From Stegostoma tigrinum (Eukaryota), in the NCBI RefSeq assembly GCF_030684315.1, contig NC_081396.1, forward strand, positions 2,170,001 to 2,234,000: DNA of 64,000 nt, given 5' to 3'. Both the position numbers and the translations under genes were made by a program. Under the pieces are notes generated by a model. The model was not told the DNA's origin and did no database searches. It saw only the letters and a list, made by a program, of their open reading frames with translations. Positions 33,353 through 45,837 of the stretch are shown in pieces. Within the stretch, counting starts at the first letter, position 1, and every line of letters begins with the position of its first letter.

Positions 33353-36300
33353 AAAATGAACTTTGTATTAAAACATTATTGCAACGGTCAGAAAGTAAGA
33401 AAACTCTGGACAAACTTCAGTTTTATAAATATTACCAAAATGAACTGAATTCATATCAATCTAGATCGTTGGTAAGCCAAGAGCCACAGATGCAACATTG
33501 AGTAAAGTGGCTTCTGATCTCTTAAGATAGCATACATTCCAAATACAAATTGAAAGTTGTGATTAGAGAATGTGCTCCATTTTGTAAATTAGATGTATGA
33601 GAAAAGCAATTCTCCCCGAATTATCTGACATGGTGAATCAGCAGTTCACAACGGGACACTAAACAAAGTTCAGTTGGTTGTACGAATGATGTAGGATGAA
33701 AAATGATCTCAAAACTACCATTTGAATTCAGAAACCAGCTAAAGCCACAGTGCAGGTCTGGCTTTCTCAGCTTTTCCCGGAACCTGAGGTTTGGTGACCG
33801 CCAGGAGAACCAACACCAGTAGTGTCTCGAAGTAAAGTAGACCTCTGTGGTTCTCCAGGACTGTGCACTTTTATTTACATATTTGGTAAATGGAGAAGGA
33901 AATGAAAAGTATCATGGAATGCTCTGGACAAGGAGAACAAAGAGTTTGCTTTTATATGGACTTGTATTTAATGGTTTCAGATAACTCAAAGGGGTTCTAT
34001 TATTTTGTCGCAAACATGAGCATCAAGTTTTCACTTTCGATTTGCTATACAGTTGGCTACTTGATAATCTGTTTCGGAACCCTGAACACACCACAGATAT
34101 CCCAATTCAATGTTTTTTTTTCTATACCTCCGTGGTCACCAGTCCCTTATGCTACTTTGGAGTATCCCCTTTCCCCACTTTCGATCATGAACCCATACAT
34201 CTTGATGTCTGCAGGTGCCTTTAACATTGAACGGTATTCAATCAGATTATTTTAATGATGCAGATATTACCCAAATGGCAAGCTGCTCAATGCTGACATT
34301 TCAAACTAAAACATATTTACAACTTTGTTGTGAATTTCACTTTCGAAACAACGATAAATTGTATGGCTGCGTCCAGAACAGTTGTGAAAATTCTCAGAAA
34401 TTCCCAAGAAAAACGCTGTCATTTCATTCCCTGGAAAGTTGATACAATTATCAAAACCAGTGTTCGATGTGAACGATTTCACATCTTGTTGATTTGGATT
34501 GTGCTTGGTCTTCGCATGCACATCTAAGTGTCTCACCTGCTGTTGCAAAGACGTCCGAATAGACAGCAGCTGTGACCCAGAAACTTTCAGTAGTTATTGC
34601 AGAAGGGTTTATTTTTAGTTTTCTCTCTCTCGTTTTCGAGGCTAATTTGGACAATAATAGATCGCGGTATCAGACAGCTGCAACTCCGAGATGGTTAATT
34701 GGTGCAACTTGTCTGCTAGCTCAACTGTGTCAGAAAACCTGGTCTGAGGGAAATATGCTTTAAATGAGTCTCCGTCGCTTGTGCTCCTCCAGAGTATGAA
34801 CTCTGGCAGTCTTCCTGGGTTTGATATAGTGAGTAATAGCTTTGGCAGTTTAGGTGCAGTTTAAAGCCAAGTATTTTACCTCTGCCTGTGTGAGCAAGGA
34901 ATCCCACAGTGTAAAGAGTTTCCATTGCTCAGATGTGAAACGTGTGATTTAAAAAAATGTTAGATTAAATATTGAAGTGATGATGAGAGTTCACAGTCAC
35001 CCATCCAGAAAACAAACAAAAAAAGTTTGCAATTGGAGCCCCAAGAAAATCGCTTTAGGCCACCTGGCCCATTTGTGTGTGTGTCAGCCTTCCCCACTTA
35101 CAGTCATACGAAAAGCAAACCCTTCCATCTACTTTGTTCTCCTGGGCATATCGAGATTACATTTAAACGTCTCATTGCAGTTCTCCTCAACTCCTCGTTA
35201 TGCCGCTCAAGCAATATTTGATGAAAACTGTGGCTGAAGATGTTTCTTCTAAATTCCTTATTTGATCTATTCGGGAACAAAAATCTGAAACCTCCTTCAG
35301 GGAAGCATCCTCTCAAAGTCTACCCTGTCATCATGTTTTTTTCGTCATTTAAACACGTATTCCAGATAACTCACTTGTCTTCTCATTAACAGAAAAACAA
35401 AGAATGGGGTATAAGCACGGATTCCGAGTTGATGTTATTTTCAATGCTGATTGATCGCTGGAAATAGCTTTATAGGTGTCACAATAGTCCTTCTGTAAGA
35501 ACCTGCTCACAATATCTCAAGTACATCCAAAAACAGGCCAATCTACGTTTCATACGAATACTTTGATTTTGTTTCAAATTTGTTCACAGAGAAAGTAAAT
35601 CCGAATGAAAGCACTAAACTTCTTACCGACAATGAAGTTCACGTATATCAGAGTGGGAATGAAGAGTTGCATCACTCTGGGATTCGAGAGGCCTTCATGT
35701 ACCTTGGTAACTGATAGACCATAGAGCAACAAAAACTGCAAGAATTGGCTGAGATTCTTCTGATGTCACGTACTGAAGAAAATGCAATGTAATGAGCTTA
35801 GATCATTGCACCAGATTTGTCTGATCCCAATTCGGTAACCACAAAGCCTGTGTTTATTTTGGAGAACTGTGATATTGCGAATACATTTCACTGACCAGAG
35901 AGAAAGCCGAGTAAATGTAGATAGATTGTTTCTATCTGAGTTGAAAAACAGTGAGATCTCTAACTGAGATATAGCTAGCTCACAAACTGACTGGAGCGAC
36001 ATTTCACTCTCGAATTGACAATAAAGATGTTGGATCTCCAGTTAATGAGAGAGACAGATTGCTCCCTCTACTTTAGAGATATATTGTTCTTTTATAGAAC
36101 TGACAGGCATTTTGATGTCTTACTGCCCAAACTGCTTTTACGTGTAGGAATTTCGGTCGTCCAAGAAACAAGATAAAATGAATTGATTTGGAAAAATAAT
36201 ACAGCTTTTTTTAAATGATTTGGATCTTATTATACTGTATAAATCTCAATATCGGGGACAATGGAAGTACAATCAGTGTTAACTTTCAGAAAAAAAACGA

Positions 36301-36749
36301 TATTCATATAATGCAAATTATCTGCCAAATTGCAGAATGTGAGAAAAAGCTATGTGAATGTATCTGATTACCACACTCTTTCAGAGAGCAGGCATAATAA
36401 AACGTTAGAATGGCCTCAATCTCTATTAAATTTGACTCTGATTCTTGGTTATTTATCCCTTCTCGAACTATTTGCTACTCAGTGACTCTGACACGAAGGG
36501 AACACGTCGGCCACAGCTGTCTCAAAATCCATTCGCCTCGGATATAGCTGAAGTGCATTACAAACTTTCTGTTCTCATAGAGAGCAGCAATTTCATTCAG
36601 GGCCATGTCTGTTGCAGTCTTGCATTCAGTTCCGTTTATTGCTTTCACTCTGGCCCACTATCTCTGCTTTGTATTACTTGGGAGATTGTTGCAACGATCA
36701 CTATTTGTTATTCAGTGGAGCCATGATGTGCTAGTGTTGGGCTGAGGTG

Positions 36750-37670
36750 GACAAGTTTAAAATATATAACACCAGGTGACAGTCCAAATGGCTTTTTTGA
36801 AATCACAAGCGTTCTTAGCGCTGCTTCTTCATCAGTTGTAGTGAAGAGAAGTACACAGGCACAGAGTAATCAAAATATCTCACGAAAGGAGTGAGTGGAG
36901 TGTTGGCAGACTGGATAAGTCTCTGCAGGTGATAAAAAAAGTCAGTCGGTGTGAATAAAGTAGCAACGGCTGAAAAAAATGTGAACGGTTAAAGTATAAT
37001 CCGATTAATTGGGACAGAAAGATTGCTTCAAACAATATTAGAATTATGTGGTGCTGAAGACCAATGAAATGAGTGGAATAACATGATAGGTACGAAGGTC
37101 ACATGTCGAGAGTCTAACCAAAGTAACAAGTAATCTAAAATTGTGAAAATTAATTAAGATAGTGATCATAACAAGTCGTCGAGATGATGGCGTCAGAACG
37201 GAGCAGTAAGGAAGATTTTGCAGATATGGAACAGTATGGTATGATTACATGAAGTGTGGCATGATCTCAAAATCACGGTTGAGGCTGTCTTTACGTGTAC
37301 AAAACTTTGCTGTGAGTTTCTGCTCAGCAATACAGCATTGTCAGGTATCTCAAAAGCGACCTTGGATGAGGCTTATTAGAAGATCAGATGCTAATAGTCA
37401 TTGGCCATTGACGTATCCCCTGACTGGTGGATGGAGTTGGGAGGTCGGTTGGGGGGGTGGCATTCCAGTCTGTTGATTGATCTGCAGTGCCCATTCATCC
37501 GTTGGCAGAAAGTCTGCATGCTGTTGCCAATATACAATTCTTCAGGGCGTCTTTGCATGCAGCGTCTGTTTTATTAGACAACATTGACCAAACCACATGA
37601 GTGTCTGTCGTGCATGTGATGGCTGCTGTTGCCATGTGTGACAGCCGAATCCATTTCGACTATCTCTGAA
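36750..37670 (-). mobile_element. Old Penelope-like 3' remnant of a different family
   Basis: Minus-strand degenerate GIY-YIG (NVV..YIG..QRMNGH..IAEQKL..F..SLNRD) and a decayed ctgatgaag..gaacg hammerhead near 36805-36835. Confidence 0.75.
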
Positions 37671-38109
37671 ATAATTTTGAAAAATGGAGACACAACATTG
37701 TTTGTCGACATTTCTCCTGTAACACTGAACTATCTGTCCTAAAAGCCTATCGTCCAGATCAGTGAGTTTCTATACACCGACAGACAGTTCACTCCCTCCC
37801 AGCCTCCGAGCACGACTGGTGACACAAGGCCGTGAAGTAAGACCACTTCGACTCTTGCACTCCACAATTCCTGGCGTTGTTGTTTAAGGGTTTTGAGGAA
37901 AGAGCTTTGCCCTTAGTTAATTTGATTTGATTTGGTTTCACTGGAGGGAGCGATCACCAGCAGTGTCATTTGAAGGTCAGTGGCTGGACATTGAAGTGCA
38001 GGTGAGGGACAAAGAAAAATCAACAAAAAGAGCTAGAAATCTCTAATTCACTGTTTTTAAGGATGGTAGAACCTGAAAACCACTTTTGTTTGCGAATTAA
38101 GTACATGTG

Positions 38110-38985
38110 TCTCACTAACGTAGTAGAGCCAAGTGAAGATGATGATCGATGAGTTTGGGGCAGTGAGTATTGTCTACATGGACTTCAGAAAGGCCTTTGA
38201 CAAAATCCATGGAGATAAAATCCACTGCTGCACCCTTATCGATCTTCTTCTTCACTTGGCTCGACCAAGTTGGTGAGACACGACCTCGTCTTCACAAAAC
38301 CATACTGCCTCTCGCTAATATGCCCACTGATCTGCAGTTGGGAGTAAATCCTGCCTTGAAGAATACTCTCCAATAATTTGCCGGCCATTGAAGTAAGGCT
38401 CACACGCTCGTAATTAGATGAATTAACTCTGTCACCCTTCTAAAACGAAGAAACAACTTTGGTTATTCGCCAGTCCTCTGCGATCTCCCCTGTAGCCAGT
38501 GAGAAGACAACTATTTCCCTCAAAGTCCCAAAAATTTCCTCCCTTGCTTCTCTCGGTATTCTGTTGTGTATCCCGCCAGGCCCTGGGGACTTGTCTCCCT
38601 TCAAGTTTTACAATATCCCCAGATACCTCCTCACTTTTGCTCTCACAATGACCTCAACTTCAGACCCTTCCCCAGACTCATCATCCACCACGTCCTTCTC
38701 TGTGATGAATACTGACGTAATGTACTAATTTAATATCTCGCTGACTCTCTTTGGATCCACACTTAAATTCCCTTTCCAAGCCTGGACTGAGCCAATCCTC
38801 TGCCTGGGTACCTTATTGCACTTTATGTACGGATGAAAATCCTTGGTATGTTCTTTATTGCTTTTGGCAAAAGTCTTGTTATCCTTTTAGCTCTCCTGAC
38901 TCCTTGCTTAAGCTTATTTTGACTTGCCTTGTCTTCCAAACTTGCTTCATTTGTTCCCAGCCTCCAAGCCTTCATAAATCCTTCA
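38110..38985 (-). mobile_element. CR1-like LINE fragment with a short inverted (+) portion at 38110-38200; its last ~90 bp are shared with 1-93
   Basis: Plus-strand VYMDFRKAFDK, then minus-strand CR1 ORF2 (ccaggccctggggacttgtc = DKSPGPG). Confidence 0.8.
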
Positions 38986-40333
38986 GAACTGACGCAATTG
39001 AAATTTTTTGGGTGTTATTCTGTACTGAATGGTCGAGCAGAGCACAAAAGAAGGTTTGGAAAAGAAAACATGCCAGATTTTCACTGAATCGTGACTGTTT
39101 CACAAAAAGAAATCGAGGAAGGGGATTTGTCAGCCAGTCTGAATCGAAACAGCAGCCGAGCCTCTATCACACCAGCCTAGCCTCCATCACACCAGAGAGA
39201 GATGGGAGAGACAAATAGAAAACGAGAGGCGTTTTATATTTCTGCAACGGCACCTGGAAGAAGCAAGTCAGCAGATGTCACACCTTTCCTTTCAACTTAC
39301 ATACTCCACTGTCCTGTCCAATTTTCAGTTCCGGAGTGGCAAAAACTTCTGATGTTTTAACATATTTTGCTAGAAGCAACCAGGAAGTTCTGAACAAAAA
39401 TAACTTGGCTTTAAACGTTTACACTGCTTTGTCTGATCAGAGGTTGCCAGATCTATTGAGTTTCATATCTCTATTTTTTTTTGTTTGTTTTATTTTATGA
39501 AAATGGGATATTAATACCGATGATGTAGACAGAGGTGAGTAGTGCGCAGAATGGTAAAGCTGGCGCAAAAGAGAGCAATTAAATAAAATGAGGCGGGTAA
39601 ACTGTTGTTGATAGCGATTCAGGGAAGGAAATAAGCTATTTCGATGAATTGGGGCTACGAATGGCTGAAAATGATCTGGCTCGATGCTCTGGTGTTTGGC
39701 TAAAGCCTTGTCCAGACACACAACGCATGTACAGTTTCGCCCCGCTGAGCATGGTGCTTTTTTCGTCCATTTTCAAAACTGATCACATTCCATGAGCGAT
39801 TCATTGAACAACTCCATCGGTCATAAATCCTAATTCTCTGTGTCAAGTTCGTTTTCGGAGACGCTCACGGATTTGCTGCAATAACAAGACACTGACCTGT
39901 TTAGAAAAACACAAATCATTTTATTACAGAGCAAGTACAAGCTGTGGAGAATCACTGTACTTAACCGGGCACAGAGTGCAGAGTTTCGCAGGTAATTCTC
40001 CTCGAGCAGCGGATAGTCCCCACTTTTCATACTTTACAAAAGACGTGATACATAAATCGATTTGACAATTTACAATGACATGATGCGTAAAACAATTACG
40101 ACAATAGACAAAAACAGCATACCAAGCAATTATTACATCAACAACATAAAAGACCAGGATGCAGTATCGATTGTTCGTGAAGTAGCTGCCAATGGGAGGA
40201 GGCGATTTTGAGTTGTTGCCCGGGACAGGTTGTGATTTCAAGTTGCCAGTGTGTCTGGCTAGTACAAAGTCAGTGCCCTGGCCCCTTTGTCAGCGACAGA
40301 AGTTACATGCTTTGCAGGTTTCACACCTTTACA

Positions 40334-41341
40334 AATTGTCGTCATTGTGCTGTTTCCCAGGGCGCAGAGTCCACAAATAAGGTAATTCCGATTTTTTGCG
40401 GCCACCACCCCAGGGGAGCCTCCCAAGCTGACAGTTCCCAGGAAGTCGTATTCTCAAGGAAAAGTCCAAGGCAATCGGGTTCCGCCATGCAGAGCAAGAC
40501 TCCCATCTCAGGAAGCATGTGACAATTCGCCGTTGAGTTCGTGCTTGTTGGGGACAAGGGACCGTGAGGGGCCCAATGGTCCCAGCAGCAAACAGTGCTG
40601 GCAGATTTGGATTAGCATTTGTGAAGGTCCCGTTAAGGAGGAAAACGAATCCCTTTTTTAGCCCAGTAGCAGGTAACAGACTCACGTATTTCTTGATAGC
40701 TCCTCCAGGAGGATTGGCTCTTATATGGATGGAAGCTTGCGGAGTTAAATGGAAGTGACCCGTAGTCCGTTTTTTATATTGTTGCTATTGCAATCCCCAC
40801 AAGTCCACTGTATGCCCGTGGTCACAGTTATTGGCTTAGTTTCCAAGCAGGGGTAGTTCAACAATCCTCCTCTCGTGGTGCAATTTCTGTTTGTGCACCG
40901 ATGGGGCCAGGAAACATTTTGGGGGTGATTAGTAACTCGAGCATGCACACAACAAGTACCAGATCCATGAAAGCAAAACGGATAGCTGTTGGGACTTGTA
41001 CAGTTAGGCCCGTCCTTCTCATGCCCAGGTCTCGTGTCCCCACAACCAGAGAGACCACTAACTACCAGTTTCATACATGTACCCTGCACACCCCTCGTCC
41101 AAGTTCCCCTCTCCCTTCTGCATGGCTTACCGGAATACTCTACTTCATAAAACTGACTAGAGTTCCAGGCAGGTGTTGCAACAAATACCACTTCTACGGA
41201 CCGTGCTAGTGGGTAATATGCTGTCCGATTCCCGTGCAGCTGGACGTGTGTTCTATAAAACAGATTGTTCTGCTGGCCATGCATGGGCAGAATAACATTC
41301 AGTCCAAAGGTTAACCGCACGCTGATGAGGAAATCCATCAT
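40334..41341 (-). pseudogene. env: ERV env remnant; first 198 codons open (40745-41341)
   Basis: MMDFLISVRLTFGLNVILP signal-like start, NNLFY, Cys-rich, sequons NRT/NSS/NCT/NVS; continues in another frame to RTQRR. Confidence 0.72.
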
Positions 41342-41377
41342 TTACAGTCACTTAGGTGGATCCAGCTATTCTGTCCG

Positions 41378-42980
41378 TCATCTTGAAGAGCGGTCGGAGT
41401 CTGAAGAAGCACATTGGGACAGTCCTTTCCACCTTGGTCCAAGCTTGGGACGACACCAGTCCCAGACAAGTACAAAATCTCCGATCTGCGGCCACAAAGA
41501 TTGATGCTGAATCTCGAGGTATTGTTCCAGTGTCTGTGGAGGTGGTCTGAAGGAGCACTTCACCTGCGAATGGAGAAACTTTAAAGATGATGTTAGTTGT
41601 CGGAAGTATCTTTGCACTTCTTCTCCCATCACATTGAGGTTAATTTGGGTGGGTGGGCTGGCATTGGCCTCCCATGGTGTTCTGCTGGGTCGGCCATAGA
41701 CTATTTCCGCTGCTGAGAACCCGGTAGTAGAGTGATGTGCTATTCGCATGTGATACAAGGCTCGTGGAAAATCCTTCAACCAATTAAGTCCGGTTTCTGA
41801 TGTCGACTTGGTCAGTTTAGTTTTAAGTGTCCCATTAGCTCTTTCCACTATCCCTGCTGCCCGAGGGTGGGAGGCACAGTCGAATTGTTGTTGGATGAGT
41901 AATGTATCACATAGTTCCTTATTAATTTTCCCTACAAAGTGAGGGCCGTTGTCCCAACTAATTTGTTGCGGTACTCCAAACCTTGCTATTACTTCGGTAA
42001 ACAACAGTTTTACTAGTGTTGAGGCTTTGTTGTTTGTCGTTGGTAAAGCCTCTGTCCATCTATTGAATACATCTGCAAGGACAAGACAATATTTATAACA
42101 GTGTACGCGCAGCAGTTCAATAAAATCTAGCTGAATGCATTCAAACGGTCCACCTGCAAGAGTGTTTTTCCTCGTGAGGATCTCACCCCCTGACCCACAT
42201 TGTTTTGCTGGCATGTGGGACAAGATACTCTCCGAGACTGGGCTGCCTCAGTCAGTCTGGGGTTCCAGCAGTACGGAGCATAATACCACTCATTCCATCC
42301 TTGACAAGTTGGGTGTCAGAATGCAGACAGTCAACAAGCATAGGTAATAAAGTATCAGATACACACACTTGGCCGACTGGGGTAACCCAAAGGCCAGCGG
42401 ACACAAAATGCAAATATCCATGCGCCTTCCAAATATTCTTTTCAGAAGCAGGGGCGTCCCCCTGTCAGTGCCGAACAGTGACCATATCTGACATGACCGT
42501 CTTGTCTGAAGTCGTGTGATGTACCACCAGCTTATTCATAGAGAATATAATAAAGGTTTGGTCTGCAGCAGACTGTTTAGTAGCCCGATCAGCCCGAGCG
42601 TTGCCCCATGTAACTCTAGAATCAACAAAGGCATGGGCCGTGCATTTGATCTTAGCCAATTGTTTAGGGAGGAGGATTGCCTGAAGGTTTTTAACAGACA
42701 GGGAATTGTGGATGGGTGTACCTGACGACGTTACAAATCCACACTGGGTCCAGAGAGGGGAGTGGGGCATCAGTAAGGTCCGGGCAGGGAGAGGTCAGGA
42801 ATTGGTTCCTCAGCAGGCAGTCATGTGGGCGTTCGCTCAGAAATGGTGCTGGGTTAATCGTGGAGCAGGAAGCGATAAGGAACAAATCGCCGGGAGAATC
42901 TGGGAACAAGGAGGATAATGCCTGAGCTACAGTGTCCAGACGAGTGGAGTATTCGGCAACTAGTCGTTATAATTCAAGTT
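41378..42980 (-). pseudogene. pol: ERV pol remnant: RNase H + integrase
   Basis: Same motifs as copy A; 281-codon integrase frame 41378-42223 with D,D35E. Confidence 0.92.
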
Positions 42981-43399
42981 TAAAGGGCCTATTGTCAACC
43001 TATCAGTGTCGGTATGATGTCTATGCGTGTGTAAGTGATGGGAGGACCACAAGGTGTAGGACAGCCTCAATACCCACTCCACATGATGATTGCTATCACT
43101 TCGGACGAAGGGCAACAGGGTGAGTACACAGGAGGAACCTCTGCTCTGTGTCATGTCCCATTTGCACAGTGTCACAATATCCCATTTACCAAACTGAACC
43201 AGGGAGGCAGTATGGGCACTAACATTGCAATGGTGTCCTGAACGTAGAGAGACAGGGGCAGGCAGGGAAGAAAGCTCTAGTTTATTGAAAAAATTACGAA
43301 GCAAGAGTTGGATTTATACATGCTCAAAATAAATTAACCAAATTTACCATACACAAAAATCAAAAATTCTTGGGAAAAAAATTAATTAATTTTGCAGGT

Positions 43400-43940
43400 G
43401 GGCCCTAGGACCCAGCGGAGCCATAGCTGTCGGAGAAACCAGAGGTTTCAGGAGGTATCGATTACCTGGAGAAATGTTTGTGAATTTCAAAACAATGGCG
43501 TGTGCCATTGATGGAAAGGTGCTCTCCTGCCTTAAAGCACGGGCGGGGAGCGGAATTTCACGCTGCTGCAGATCTCGAATGGTTTCTGGGCTATCCTGGT
43601 TCGGCAGGAGGGCCATTAAAAATTTGCATTTACTTTTAAAGGACATCAGTACACATGGAGTTGTCTTGCCACAGGGTTTCCATAATAGCCCCAGCAATTT
43701 CCAGCAGTGTATAGCAGACTGTCTAAAAGATTTCAGTGAGCCACACAGGCTTGTACGGTATGTGGATGACATCCTGTCGTTCACAGGCAATAGTGAGGAA
43801 CATGGCCCCCTAGTTAGTGAGTTGTTACAAATCCCGTGCAAGAGCGGGTTGAAGGTAAACCCTAAGAAGGCACAGAGAGGGTTGAGGGAGGTCAAGTTCC
43901 TGGGACTGGCCCCGAGGACTCGCGAGCGCAGCATGGATGC
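43400..43940 (+). pseudogene. Retroviral-type reverse transcriptase core, antisense to the surrounding provirus
   Basis: LLQISNGFW, KFAFTFKGHQYTW, LPQGFHNSP, YVDDIL, GLKVNPKKAQ and VKFLG, all on the + strand. The left boundary is approximate. Confidence 0.9.
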
Positions 43941-45192
43941 AGCACAGGCGAAAGAGAGCTTGGAGGGTGGCTTGGTACATTTGAATAGCGCCCAGGATGT
44001 AATCTATAAAATCTTCTGGGTTAGTCTTTCGATCAGAGGCCCTTGACATAATTAAACACATCGTTTGTGGCTTCCAAGGGGTAGAGACTTGCATTGTATT
44101 TAGACCCACTTGTGTTGGGTTCAGGTGAGGGACCGTGCGATTAGGGAATTGCCAGTGATTTTTCTTACAGGGGTCCTTCTCGAGGGGATGGGTATTCGAG
44201 GGTCTCTACCAAACTCTGTCCTCACATTCACTATCCTTTGCCTGTGAATTCGGGCTATCATATTGTTCGTGACTTGTGGAGTCGCTAGGAAACAATAAAC
44301 AGGTGTTGGAACGTCCAGTAGGCTGCACCCGGGACTTTATTTTTCCCCGGCTTCTCTTATGGGTTTTGAAAGGATCCTGTTGTCCCTCCTTTTGTTCACG
44401 AACGGTCTGGTCTGCGTCCTGTTTGTCTGTTCAGTTTTAGATCGGGTACGACAGGAGATAGGGTCTGCACAAGCTGTGGGTTTGTTGGGGGATTCATGTG
44501 GGCTGATTACTGAAGGGCTTGGGGATTCTACAGGAGGTTTGGTTTGGTCAGTGTACGGTGCCGGTTGCTGGGACTGATGGCAGTGTTGGGGTGCCTGCAG
44601 ATGTAGATTGGCCACAGACGGTTAGGATTGTGGAGGGGGTAGTGGTCCCGATGGGGCAGGGGGTGCCTTCCCCAGTCCTCCTCGTCTTGTTCATCTGTGT
44701 CATAAATTTGGAACAACATCGGCATGCCAGATATGTCAGGAGGTACCTCCTTTTTTTTTTTTGTTTTCTGCCTACCGCTCTCGCCTCCGTTCTTTGTCTC
44801 GTTGTACTTTCTCCTGCCTTTCTTGGGTAACTCTTTCCCTTTCATTATCTCATGATCCTCACACTGCAGTTTTAAAGTTTCCCCTCATCATCACAGGCAC
44901 TGATCCCTCTCCAAATGGCCAGTTTTGATTTGTCAGTCAGCTCCTCAGCTCTCTTTCCCAAAAATGACATTAACCCTTTCCATCTCCTCCCTGCATGGCA
45001 TGTCCATCGTGCTCCTTCTGCTTTAGTACATAAATCTATATCCCACGTTCCCCCCATTGGCAAATTCTCATTTCCCAATTTTTTGTTTAAGCATGCTGAC
45101 AGACGTCTGTACTCTACTTCATTTTTGGGGTTATCCCAGCATAACCGATGTAAAGGACAGCCGACACACAACTTATCCAGTGTTTGTCCCAA
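43940..45192 (-). pseudogene. gag: ERV gag remnant (MA to CA N-terminus)
   Basis: (TTG)GQTLDK start with Gly2, LPMGGTWD, Pro-rich region, CA-like TPWKPQ..PEDFIDYI..MYQAT. Confidence 0.8.
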
Positions 45193-45819
45193 TTTTGCCT
45201 TTTGCTGTTTTTTTTATTTATTAGCACTTTCACTTTTTACTATCTCTATATACTACAGCAGTGTCTTTAGTCTCAACACCCACTTCAGTGTCCTGACCTT
45301 CACGTGGGGGATTTGTCCTCTTAACAACTGGTCTCAGGCAGGGTGGTTGAAACAGACAGACACTCTAACTACTCAATACTTCGGTCTTATACTAACGCCG
45401 CTCCCTTTTCACTCTTGCCCGACACAGGGTTTCAACCCCGGTCACCAGGGGAAATCTATCCTCCTGGATTTTAAAAATTACCAGTTATCTGACGTGGGGA
45501 CTCTAACCCCGGCCACCGGGGGACTCTAACCTCCCGGATTTCTTTAAACAGTTCCACCGGGGTCTCGAACCTCCCGGATTTCTTTACTCACCTGGGGACT
45601 CGAACCTCCAGGCTTTACTGATTTAGCAGTCATCCAAGACCATGAGCTGTCTCGGGTTCCATCAGTACAGAGCCATGCAGGGGCAAGGGGTCGCACGGGT
45701 GGCAGGTTAGTGAGAGAGACCAAGGTGAATCGTACCTTGCGGGCCCATCCGTCTCACTGCACCGACACGCGAACGATCACTTACTCAGCCCTCCACCTGA
45801 TACTGCAGGACATGTTGGA

Positions 45820-45837
45820 ACCCTGCTCGTTGCGCCA
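45820..45837 (-). promoter_or_regulatory. tRNA-Ser(UGA) primer-binding site (copy B)
   Basis: Identical to 6919-6936. Confidence 0.88.

Noticed and set aside
33775-33860. J-like stretch on the minus strand and a 9-bp inverted repeat
   Set aside because: No FGxG motif, 12-RSS or splice donor; no J, D or C segment could be supported anywhere in the window.
34246-34600. Possible V relic (DADITQ..LQLCCEF..LYGCVQ)
   Set aside because: Only FR1-like similarity, with no recognisable FR3 or RSS; needs a profile search.
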